A stretch of 64,000 nt of DNA from a virus (taxonomy: Duplodnaviria > Caudoviricetes): IMG/VR virus record IMGVR_UViG_3300027804_000038, positions 32,001 to 96,000 of that record; one strand, given 5' to 3'. The position numbers and the translations under genes are program-made. The notes under the pieces are model-generated. The model did no database searches. It had not been told where the DNA came from and saw only the letters and a program-made list of their open reading frames with translations. Positions within the stretch are counted from its first letter, which is position 1, and each line of letters begins with the position of its first letter. Shown in pieces: positions 56,181-64,000 of this stretch.

Positions 56181-56819
56181 TTACAGTAAATTTTTTTTAA
56201 CATAAAGAGCGTCACCCCAACCTCCGCCATGATATTCATGAGTCATTGTTCTTATAAAACCATGTTCACTTAAAGATTCATCCATTTCATTAATCAAATG
56301 GCATCCGTCATACATATGTATTGTGTTTATTTCAGTGTATATAAAATCCATATTTTTTAAAAACTCGCCCATTGATAATATCACATTTAAGTCAGCTCCC
56401 TGAACGTCAACATTCATAAAATTAAAATCATCAATTTTAATATAGTTTTCAATTAGTAATGTATCCATCCTTTTTGTTACCATTTCAATTTGGTCAACAT
56501 AAACAACATCTGAAAATTTATTTTTATGTTCTTTTAAATCTAAAATAGAAGATGATTGGCCGTTATTACTTATATTGAATTTTACTTTTTTTTCAGAATC
56601 GTAAATTACTTCATTAATTGTAATAATATTTTCATTACCTAAAAATTTATTTTTTAAATTACCATATAATTTTGGATTACCCTCAACCCAAATAATTTTA
56701 TTAATACCTATTTCATTATAGTCGTCATATTCTTCAGCTTCGTGAGCTCCAACATGTATAATCCCTTTAATTGGTATATTTTCGTATTTTGTTTTAATTT
56801 CTTTAATCTTAATAAACAT
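56181..56819 (-). CDS. FkbM-family methyltransferase
   Basis: IHVGAH, WVEGNP, MNVDVQGADL, IYTE, WGDALY. Confidence 0.9.
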   Translation of the reverse strand: MFIKIKEIKTKYENIPIKGIIHVGAHEAEEYDDYNEIGINKIIWVEGNPKLYGNLKNKFLGNENIITINEVIYDSEKKVKFNISNNGQSSSILDLKEHKNKFSDVVYVDQIEMVTKRMDTLLIENYIKIDDFNFMNVDVQGADLNVILSMGEFLKNMDFIYTEINTIHMYDGCHLINEMDESLSEHGFIRTMTHEYHGGGWGDALYVKKNLL

Positions 56820-56820
56820 A

Positions 56821-57414
56821 TTATACTCTTTCTATTAATATTGATTTACCAAACTCACTATCTAATTCTTCAATAATTCTATGCTCAGACAATAAATTTT
56901 TAAACTCTTCTTCGGAAATAAATGACCTAACAGTGGTTAAATTACCATATGTATTGTATTCATTAATTTTACCTTCTTTTGAACAATATTGTCTATGAAT
57001 TATTAAATATTTTTTAGTGTTTTTTAATATCTGACTTAACACAGGTATTGGTTCTGGCAATTCAGATAAAAAACTATTACATAATAATATATCGTATTTT
57101 TTAAAAAAAGTATAGTCAAAACTATATGCGTCAAATTCAAAATATTCTAAATTTGGGTTAACTTTTTTCGCAACATCTTCAATAATATGAGGTAAATCAA
57201 ATCCGCTATAATTTAACTTGCTATAAACCCTCCCGACTTCTCCAGCCCCACATCCTATGTCCGCAATATTATCACAGTTGCATTTATTTATTAGATTATT
57301 AAGATATGGAAAATGAGCAGCATTTTCTAAACGACCCCATCCATTTAAACCCATAGCACCTCTAACCATTTCGTTAGGTAATATATCAGTATTATACCAA
57401 GCAGTTTTTTTCAT
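56821..57414 (-). CDS. SAM-dependent methyltransferase
   Basis: IADIGCGAG, GFDL motifs. Confidence 0.75.
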   Translation of the reverse strand: MKKTAWYNTDILPNEMVRGAMGLNGWGRLENAAHFPYLNNLINKCNCDNIADIGCGAGEVGRVYSKLNYSGFDLPHIIEDVAKKVNPNLEYFEFDAYSFDYTFFKKYDILLCNSFLSELPEPIPVLSQILKNTKKYLIIHRQYCSKEGKINEYNTYGNLTTVRSFISEEEFKNLLSEHRIIEELDSEFGKSILIERV

Positions 57415-57423
57415 AGTTTTTAA

Positions 57424-58251
57424 TTATTTCCAATAACAACCACCTTCCAATATTTTGTAATTTTCAGGAGTTTCTAATTCATTAGGATAAACCCAATTTT
57501 CATTAAAGAATTTATTTATTTCGTCATGATTATCCCATCTTTGACCTCTTATTCCGAACATAATTTGAATTGCTCCTCCAATATATATTGATGATTTTTT
57601 TAAATCATTTTTTATGAAATTAACAAGAGGTAACCCATAAGTACCACATCCTAATAAGGCAATTTCAAAATCAATTTTTGAAATGTGTTCTTTCATTATA
57701 TTTAAAGATTCGACCCAAGATGAATGAGGTCTCAACTCACCAACAGATTGCACTGATTTGTATGTAATCAAATCAATATTTGGTAGTACTTTTTTATCCC
57801 CCCAAATATTTTTTATTTTTAAATATTGTTGTTTTATACTATAACTAAATGGATTTATTACTAAAACCTTTTTTCCATTAAGGTTTAAACTCCATGGGGA
57901 GTTTAAAAAATATGGTTCTACCGTCCTATGATTTACTTTATGTGAATTAGGGGATAAAATGTCAAATATTTCATTTTGTTTTACGTCCAAGTTAGAATTC
58001 ATCCAAAAACAATTAATATCTGATTTTTTTACCGATTCAATATACAACTCTAAAAAAGTATCAAAGCAATCCCCATATACCCCACCAAAATTTTTAGCAA
58101 TCTCTATGTCTTGATTTGACGGGGTAGAACCCTTCAATACTTTATGTATTAGATTAACCTCTCCAATACCCATTCTACTTACTGAAAAAATATTATTATT
58201 AATAATATTTTCAGATATAAGTTTATTACCTTCTTCTAAATTTAAAATCAT
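57424..58251 (-). CDS. Putative GT-D-fold-like glycan-cluster protein
   Basis: SRMGIGE; DFEIALLGCGTYGLP...IYIGGAIQ.MFGI.G.RW pattern. Confidence 0.65.
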   Translation of the reverse strand: MILNLEEGNKLISENIINNNIFSVSRMGIGEVNLIHKVLKGSTPSNQDIEIAKNFGGVYGDCFDTFLELYIESVKKSDINCFWMNSNLDVKQNEIFDILSPNSHKVNHRTVEPYFLNSPWSLNLNGKKVLVINPFSYSIKQQYLKIKNIWGDKKVLPNIDLITYKSVQSVGELRPHSSWVESLNIMKEHISKIDFEIALLGCGTYGLPLVNFIKNDLKKSSIYIGGAIQIMFGIRGQRWDNHDEINKFFNENWVYPNELETPENYKILEGGCYWK

Positions 58252-58850
58252 TTTATTTTTTTTAATGGGGTACCAATGTATGTTCCAGACTCCTCAACAT
58301 TTTTTATTACACCTGAATTCATCCCAATCTTAACATTACTACAAATTTTTATTTTTTCTCTGATTGTAGAGTTAGTACCTAAATAAATTTTATCCATTAA
58401 AATACAATTTCCTGATATGTTTACATTTGGTGTTGTTGTAAAAAAATCGCCAATCATACAATCATGACCAATAGTGGTGTTTAAATTAATATGGGCGTGT
58501 CTCCCAATAGTAATGTTTGTCGTTAATATTGAACCAGCACAAATAATTGAGCCGTGACCAATTTTTATATTTTCATCTAAAATTTTAGCACTTGAGTGTA
58601 TATAGGTATAAAATTGTGTTTCAGATGGTAATCTTTTAACTATTTGTTCTCTTATTTCAGGTTCAGCTACAGTAACTAAAACTTTAAATTTTTTAATATC
58701 TAAATCACTTATTTTTTTACAATTTATATTGTTATCATCAAAAAATTCTATATAATTTTTATCAATACCATCGTTTATCATATGATAATAAACTTCCCTA
58801 CCAAAACCACCATTACCAATAAGAGCTATTTTATTATAGAATTCTATCAT
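58248..58850 (-). CDS. NeuD/PglD-like sugar O/N-acetyltransferase
   Basis: IGNGGFGREV Rossmann start, hexapeptide repeats, IGHD, GTP C-terminus. Confidence 0.9.
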   Translation of the reverse strand: MIEFYNKIALIGNGGFGREVYYHMINDGIDKNYIEFFDDNNINCKKISDLDIKKFKVLVTVAEPEIREQIVKRLPSETQFYTYIHSSAKILDENIKIGHGSIICAGSILTTNITIGRHAHINLNTTIGHDCMIGDFFTTTPNVNISGNCILMDKIYLGTNSTIREKIKICSNVKIGMNSGVIKNVEESGTYIGTPLKKIK

Positions 58851-59856
58851 ACATTTTGATTTCAGAAATTTTTTTATCCCAATCTATTAATTTTTTATAC
58901 CAATTTAAAGTATGAGTGGTTTCATCTTCATAGTTAATATTTGAATTTTCTAAATTATTCTTAATTTCAATAACCCCATCCTCAATACTATATTTACATG
59001 TGTATCCTAACTCATTTTCAATTTTATTGAAATTTAAACTATAGCTTCGATTATCGGGATTGTTTGGTATAAAAATGATTTTAGATTTAGGTATTAAACT
59101 AGAAATTTTATTTGCTAAATCTTTTATTTTTAAATTTTGGTTATTAGACCCTACGTTAAAAATTTTATTTTTACAATCATCGATTTTTTTAACGCATGTT
59201 ATCATAACATTAATAACATCTTTAACATGTACAAAAGGTCTCCACTGTTCACCATCTCCCATTATATAAATTATCCCGTCTTTAGTACCTGTAAGAGTCA
59301 TTATATTAACCGCCAAATCAAACCTCATTCTGTGTGAATATCCGTATATTGTTGAATTTCTTAGTATTGTAATATTAAAATCATCGTCACAGGTATCTAA
59401 CAATACCCTTTCAACAGACACCTTACTTTTTGAATATTCAGTTAATGGATTTAGTTTAAAATTCTCATCCATAAATTTTACTTCACTAAAACCATACACG
59501 CTTGCCGAACTTGAATATATATAATGTTTTACTTTATTTTTTTTAGATAACTCAATTAACCTTTTTGAACCATAATAATTAATTTCTTCAGTAAATTTTG
59601 GGTTTATCTCTGATGTTGCGTCATTACTTAGTCCGCATAAATCGATAACAACATCAACTCCGTTTAAAATAGATTCATTAAAAAATCTTATATCGTCAAT
59701 TAAAATTTCTAAATTTTTACTTTTAATTTTTTTAATTTTATCAACTCCAAAAAAGTATCTGTCTAAAGCAATTACTTTATACCCTTGAGATAAAAGTTCT
59801 TCACAAAGCATTGTACCTACATAACCGCCAGCACCCGATATTAAAATTTTTTTCAT
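58834..59856 (-). CDS. NAD-dependent sugar epimerase/dehydratase (extended SDR)
   Basis: ILISGAGGYVG, SSSASVYG, YSKSK, RPFVHVKD. Confidence 0.9.
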   Translation of the reverse strand: MKKILISGAGGYVGTMLCEELLSQGYKVIALDRYFFGVDKIKKIKSKNLEILIDDIRFFNESILNGVDVVIDLCGLSNDATSEINPKFTEEINYYGSKRLIELSKKNKVKHYIYSSSASVYGFSEVKFMDENFKLNPLTEYSKSKVSVERVLLDTCDDDFNITILRNSTIYGYSHRMRFDLAVNIMTLTGTKDGIIYIMGDGEQWRPFVHVKDVINVMITCVKKIDDCKNKIFNVGSNNQNLKIKDLANKISSLIPKSKIIFIPNNPDNRSYSLNFNKIENELGYTCKYSIEDGVIEIKNNLENSNINYEDETTHTLNWYKKLIDWDKKISEIKMYDRIL

Positions 59857-60974
59857 ATATTAAAATATTTTTTAACAGTGTTAAATAAATAATCGATTTC
59901 AGATTCTATCATATCTGTATGTAACGGTAGTGAAACTAAACTATCTTTTATTTTATTAGTAAAATTTAAGTCTAAATTTGAAAATTTTCCACTGTAAAAG
60001 TCTAATTCATGAACTGCCGTATAATACCTCCTTACAGTAATATCATTTTTAGACATAAAATTTGTAAAATTTTCAGCGTTTTCATTTAATATTAGTGGAA
60101 AATATAGGTAATTACAAAAGACATTTTTATCTATTTCCATAAGACTAAAAAATGGTTTAAACATATCCGAAGAAAAAAATTCAATGTATTTTTCTATAAC
60201 TTTTTTTCTTTTAATTAATGCGTTTTCTATATTTTTTAAATTATGTAAACCAACAATTGCTGAAATTTCTTGCATTTTACTGTTAAGACCAGGATATTTT
60301 ATGTTTCCTCTTGTTTTTTCGTATTGACCAAAATCTCTTAAATATTGTAAAATCTCCCAAATTTCTTCGTCTTCAGTAACAACAAGACCCCCTTCCATAG
60401 TTGTAAAATTTTTAGAGGCGTGTAAACTATAGATTTCGCTAAATCCAAAACTATTAATATATTTATTTTTATAAGTTGAGCCAAAGGCTGGCGCGTTATC
60501 AAAAATTACGCATATATTATTTTTTTTAGAAAATTCAATAACTTCATCAATGTTAGGAATATTTCCATACGCCCCAACAATAACCAGCATTTTTACATTA
60601 TTATCAATATTACATTTTTTTAAGTTAATAATAAGTTTTTCATCAACATCACAAAAAATAGGTTCTAAATTATTCATATATAACGCATTTATAGTACCTG
60701 AAAATGTTACTGAGGGTACTAAAACTTTAAACGTTTGATTGTGATGATAACCCATTTTTATTTTTTGAGCTTGTATTAAATGGAAAAGTGCCATTTCTCC
60801 ATTACAAAACAAAATTGGTTTTAATTTACTTGATAGGTAAATTTGAAGCTCTTCTTCTAATTTTTTTACAAATTTAGAGTTATTCGTAACTAAACCGTTT
60901 TCTAAACATTCTTTAAAATCTTCATATATTAAATCTATACTAGGTAGAACTGGCTTTATAATATTAATTTTCAT
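59853..60974 (-). CDS. DegT/DnrJ/EryC1 sugar aminotransferase
   Basis: VPSVTF.GT, DNAPAFG, SLHASKNFTTMEGG, GLNSKMQE. Confidence 0.9.
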   Translation of the reverse strand: MKINIIKPVLPSIDLIYEDFKECLENGLVTNNSKFVKKLEEELQIYLSSKLKPILFCNGEMALFHLIQAQKIKMGYHHNQTFKVLVPSVTFSGTINALYMNNLEPIFCDVDEKLIINLKKCNIDNNVKMLVIVGAYGNIPNIDEVIEFSKKNNICVIFDNAPAFGSTYKNKYINSFGFSEIYSLHASKNFTTMEGGLVVTEDEEIWEILQYLRDFGQYEKTRGNIKYPGLNSKMQEISAIVGLHNLKNIENALIKRKKVIEKYIEFFSSDMFKPFFSLMEIDKNVFCNYLYFPLILNENAENFTNFMSKNDITVRRYYTAVHELDFYSGKFSNLDLNFTNKIKDSLVSLPLHTDMIESEIDYLFNTVKKYFNI

Positions 60975-60975
60975 T

Positions 60976-61875
60976 TTAATTATATTCTATTATTTTTAAA
61001 TTTTCACCAACATAGAAAATATCAATAATTTTTAAAAATTTGTCAATATTCCAATTTATGTTATGTTCGCATAAACTTCTATCAAAGTCATCCTGCAATA
61101 CTTTAATTATTGTATTTTTATTCACTTTAAATTTTAAATTTACCATTTCTCTCTCATAGTAACACCACCTATCCCAATTGTTAAAAATAACCCCATCAAT
61201 GTCAATAAGACCTGTGTATGGACCTACTATTTGTGACATCCCAATAATTTCAGAAGGACCTTCTAATACTAATCTATTTTTAATTATTTTATTAAATTCT
61301 ATTTTTTTTATATTACAAAATTTTGTTTCTTTTGGGTAATTTTTAGGTATTTCATGTTTGTTATATATCTCATTAAAAAAGAATTCACTTATTTTTTCAC
61401 TATACTGGTTGGCCCCATAATCAGTAGTATGAATTCCATCTCTTAAAATTTCATTAATATTTTTTTCAAAACATTCACTTAAATCTAAAACAGGTATTTT
61501 TAAATTAGTTAAATAATTATTTAATTTTTTATAAATTTCTGTTTTATCCACTGTCTTATCTGGAAAAATTAAAAAAATTAGTTTTACATTATTTTTATAA
61601 AATTTATTAATAATGGTATCAACATACTCTTGTATTTCATCAAATTTATCTTCATTATATTTTATATACCCTGTACTAAACCAATCAATAAAACAATATT
61701 CGGGATTTGAACTTAGTACCTCATCAATATAACAAACTCCTGCGTCTGATAAATGTCTGGCTCCAAATCCATAAGAATTAACATTAAAATTTTGATTAGA
61801 GTCCTTAAAATATTTCCAATACCCGTTATGTTGCTGGGTAACACTTGCACCAAAAAAAGAAATTCTATTTTTCAT
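60976..61875 (-). CDS. SGNH/GDSL hydrolase-fold protein (acetyl-esterase/transferase-like)
   Basis: FFGASVT block I, GFGA block II, DGIHTT..G block V. Confidence 0.7.
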   Translation of the reverse strand: MKNRISFFGASVTQQHNGYWKYFKDSNQNFNVNSYGFGARHLSDAGVCYIDEVLSSNPEYCFIDWFSTGYIKYNEDKFDEIQEYVDTIINKFYKNNVKLIFLIFPDKTVDKTEIYKKLNNYLTNLKIPVLDLSECFEKNINEILRDGIHTTDYGANQYSEKISEFFFNEIYNKHEIPKNYPKETKFCNIKKIEFNKIIKNRLVLEGPSEIIGMSQIVGPYTGLIDIDGVIFNNWDRWCYYEREMVNLKFKVNKNTIIKVLQDDFDRSLCEHNINWNIDKFLKIIDIFYVGENLKIIEYN

Positions 61876-61888
61876 GTTTAATCATTAT

Positions 61889-62770
61889 TTAATATTTTTT
61901 TAATTGCTCGATAAATTTGTTCTTCAATGAATATAAATTTCTAATCACTGATTCTGGATGGGACCCCTCAAATACTTTAGTGTAACACTCTCCTCTGACA
62001 TTAGGTTTAAATTCGTGGACTCCTAAATATTTTTGTTCAACATTATACCTATCTAAATCTTTTCCATTTACCCATGGTAAATAAATTTTATTAAAATAAT
62101 CATCGATACAATTTTCTCTACTAACTGAATCTTTATAATAATTTACTTTTTTAAAAACTTGGTCAGGAAAAACATATGAATAATGATACATTTGTACCCC
62201 TAATAAGTCATATAGTGTTTTACTATCTACGTGCTTTCTAATGACATTTAAATTATTAGGATATTCTATGGTTGGAGGTCTATGGGTTAACCAAGTTGAG
62301 CCCTTATAATATTTAAAAATTCTTAAAAAATTATCGGTATTTAATTCAAATCCAGTTAAATAATTGTCAAAACCACCATAAAAAGAACAACTTTGTATAC
62401 CAACACTTGTCGGAGTTTCTTTTTTTAAGAACTCAATAATCTTAATTAAATCTTCAGTTTTATAAACTTCATCAGAATCTAAGTTCCATATATAATCAAT
62501 ATCGTCGTTAACATATTGCATATAAGCCCTACACTGTTCATCTTTTTCTGAAAATTTACCATGTATTATTTTTATTTTATTATCAGGGTCTGGAAATTCA
62601 TCCAAAATTTTATTTGTATCGTCTGTAGATGTTGTTTTACCTTGTCTTTGCCAATATGAGACTGGACCTTCCGATATTAAAATCTGAGACGCAAAAGGAT
62701 AGACTTGTTCTAAACATTCTTTAAGAACATAGTCACCCTCAAAAACAATCATACCAAATGCAATTTTCAT
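61889..62770 (-). CDS. GT-A glycosyltransferase
   Basis: IWNLDSDEVY DxD motif; HYSYV. Confidence 0.75.
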   Translation of the reverse strand: MKIAFGMIVFEGDYVLKECLEQVYPFASQILISEGPVSYWQRQGKTTSTDDTNKILDEFPDPDNKIKIIHGKFSEKDEQCRAYMQYVNDDIDYIWNLDSDEVYKTEDLIKIIEFLKKETPTSVGIQSCSFYGGFDNYLTGFELNTDNFLRIFKYYKGSTWLTHRPPTIEYPNNLNVIRKHVDSKTLYDLLGVQMYHYSYVFPDQVFKKVNYYKDSVSRENCIDDYFNKIYLPWVNGKDLDRYNVEQKYLGVHEFKPNVRGECYTKVFEGSHPESVIRNLYSLKNKFIEQLKKY

Positions 62771-62774
62771 TATT

Positions 62775-63641
62775 TTAGTTATATTTTGATTTTATTTCAA
62801 TTATTTTATTGTAGTATTCGTCGTATATAATTTTGAGCGATTTATTATTATGGTACACATCCATTGGTGTGTATATATGATGCATTTTTGAGGGTATATA
62901 TGTTTTTTCATCATAGTCAAATTGAGAAAAGTGACTAAACACCAACTTTTGGTATTTACCATCCCATATTATGTTACCATTTTTTTCATAGTCAGAATAA
63001 TCATACAATTGCCATTGCCACGGAGCTCCATGACCAATATTACCATCAATAAAAATATAATCATTTGGGCACATGTTTGGGAACTCATCTAAATATTTTT
63101 GGTCTCCACATGTTGATAGATGGGGATGTTTTTTATGTAAGACAGAATCGGCCCACCATTTACATATATGTTTACCAATCTTTCCATTTTTAAAGTAAAC
63201 AACCCCAACATTAAACCACCCCTCAACTCTTGGTGTTGATAGGTCAAATTGTCTATGCCTAAAAATACCAACTTCATTTTCACCAATTTCATCATAGATA
63301 TCATCTATGTTATTGTGAAAATATATATCACTGTCGATATATGTTATAGATTCGATATCTTTACTAAGAAGATAATTAGAAAAATAAGAGGCTAAAGACC
63401 AACAAAAATATTTATATTCACTAAGTTTTAAATTTAATAAATTATTATCTTCTGACAATAAAGAGTTAATATGGTAGGGTATTAAATTTTCTGATTCATA
63501 TTTTTTAACTTTATCAAAAGTAACATCATCAATACATAAATAATGAAGTTTAAAATTTTTATTTTTATCTAAAATCGATTCATATAAAGTTAATCCCTTA
63601 TATAGATAATTTATATCTGATACTGTACATATGTTTTTCAT
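62775..63641 (-). CDS. Nucleotide-diphospho-sugar transferase-like protein (GT-A)
   Basis: YIDSDIYF, FNVGVVYF, GDQKYLD. Confidence 0.75.
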   Translation of the reverse strand: MKNICTVSDINYLYKGLTLYESILDKNKNFKLHYLCIDDVTFDKVKKYESENLIPYHINSLLSEDNNLLNLKLSEYKYFCWSLASYFSNYLLSKDIESITYIDSDIYFHNNIDDIYDEIGENEVGIFRHRQFDLSTPRVEGWFNVGVVYFKNGKIGKHICKWWADSVLHKKHPHLSTCGDQKYLDEFPNMCPNDYIFIDGNIGHGAPWQWQLYDYSDYEKNGNIIWDGKYQKLVFSHFSQFDYDEKTYIPSKMHHIYTPMDVYHNNKSLKIIYDEYYNKIIEIKSKYN

Positions 63642-64000
63642 AAATTAAAATTTAAACTTCTCCTTGTCACATATAGATTATTATCGTGACCCAAATCAAT
63701 TTGATTTTTATTATGTATTAAATCACGATTCCCATATCCCCAATCAGGGTGTTCGTGTTTTATAATAACTTCATTAAAATAAGTTTGTTTATTTAAAATT
63801 GCGGCAACTGACATAAATTCATTATCACACCATGTGGATTTATATTCAGGATAATATATATAATTAAATCTTTCATAATATTTTTTACCCAAAATACATA
63901 ATGTATTTAGTCTATTTCCTTGGAATCCGTCATTAAACCATAAAACTCCATCAGTATCAGGATAATTAGATACCATTTTATCAATGATAATATTGTCATA
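63638..64000 (-). CDS. Partial glycosyltransferase, 5' end outside the window
   Basis: Frame stays open to the window edge (YDNIIIDKMVSNYPD...); W.DNEF..V, IKHEHPDWG motifs. Confidence 0.65.
   Translation of the reverse strand, partial: YDNIIIDKMVSNYPDTDGVLWFNDGFQGNRLNTLCILGKKYYERFNYIYYPEYKSTWCDNEFMSVAAILNKQTYFNEVIIKHEHPDWGYGNRDLIHNKNQIDLGHDNNLYVTRRSLNFNL

Noticed and set aside
620-63304. Many antisense or out-of-frame ORFs in the track (e.g. 620, 1499, 2149, 8057, 10723, 15617, 16612, 23775, 29227, 36804, 38549, 50998, 59060, 63089)
   Set aside because: They lie inside better-supported genes, have biased shadow compositions and show no motifs.
1-64000. Stop-codon reassignment (code 15 or 4), seen in some large phages
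   Set aside because: Terminase, portal, protease, capsid and enzymes are full length in code 11, coding density is high and there is no suppressor tRNA.
52604-64000. Bacterial chromosomal LPS/capsule locus (chimeric contig)
   Set aside because: Continuous overlapping operon with phoH and the phage sigma block, similar AT content and start contexts, and no bacterial export genes. A chimera cannot be fully excluded without reads.
1-64000. Diversity-generating retroelement acting on the LRR/adhesin gene
   Set aside because: No reverse transcriptase and no TR/VR pair differing at adenines detected by eye in this window.

Overview
AT-rich, gene-dense segment of a large T4-related tailed phage genome in the standard genetic code. 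The host is probably Bacteroidota: there are TAnnTTTG-type promoter boxes, no Shine-Dalgarno sites, and a tmRNA tag starting with Gly. Contents from left to right: (1) 1-12.5 kb: lysis-like membrane proteins, small conserved phage proteins, rmlC and three very large putative internal virion proteins. (2) 12.5-23.5 kb: HNH nuclease, tRNA-CAU (probably Ile2), tRNA-Arg(UCU), rmlB, a GAF-type holin-like protein, a DnaJ-type Zn-finger protein, a two-domain wall peptidase, a complete tmRNA with an unusually long tag (A)GNVINKLQTIGLIRTEEVSVA, an M28/M42-like peptidase, an N-domain-less ClpC, a KTSC protein and a nucleotidyltransferase. (3) 23.5-39.3 kb: head module with terminase, a Thr/Pro-stalk LRR protein, portal, ribosomal protein bS21, prohead protease, scaffold and major capsid protein. 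(4) 39.4-52.6 kb: small head-associated proteins, baseplate/spike-like genes, a late-sigma-like factor, two glycosyltransferases, a degenerate HAD and phoH. (5) 52.6-64 kb: a 14-gene operon for nucleotide-sugar synthesis, decoration and transfer that runs off the window. The most interesting signals are a strongly over-represented (S/T)-(G/A)-x-T motif in predicted surface-exposed virion proteins beside a soluble glycan operon (possible phage-encoded virion glycosylation), a tmRNA/ClpC/peptidase cluster with a non-canonical degron, and a large set of proteins with apparent prohead-protease (I/L-x-E) processing sites, including a two-enzyme polyprotein. All product calls come from motif recognition by eye; no database search was run.
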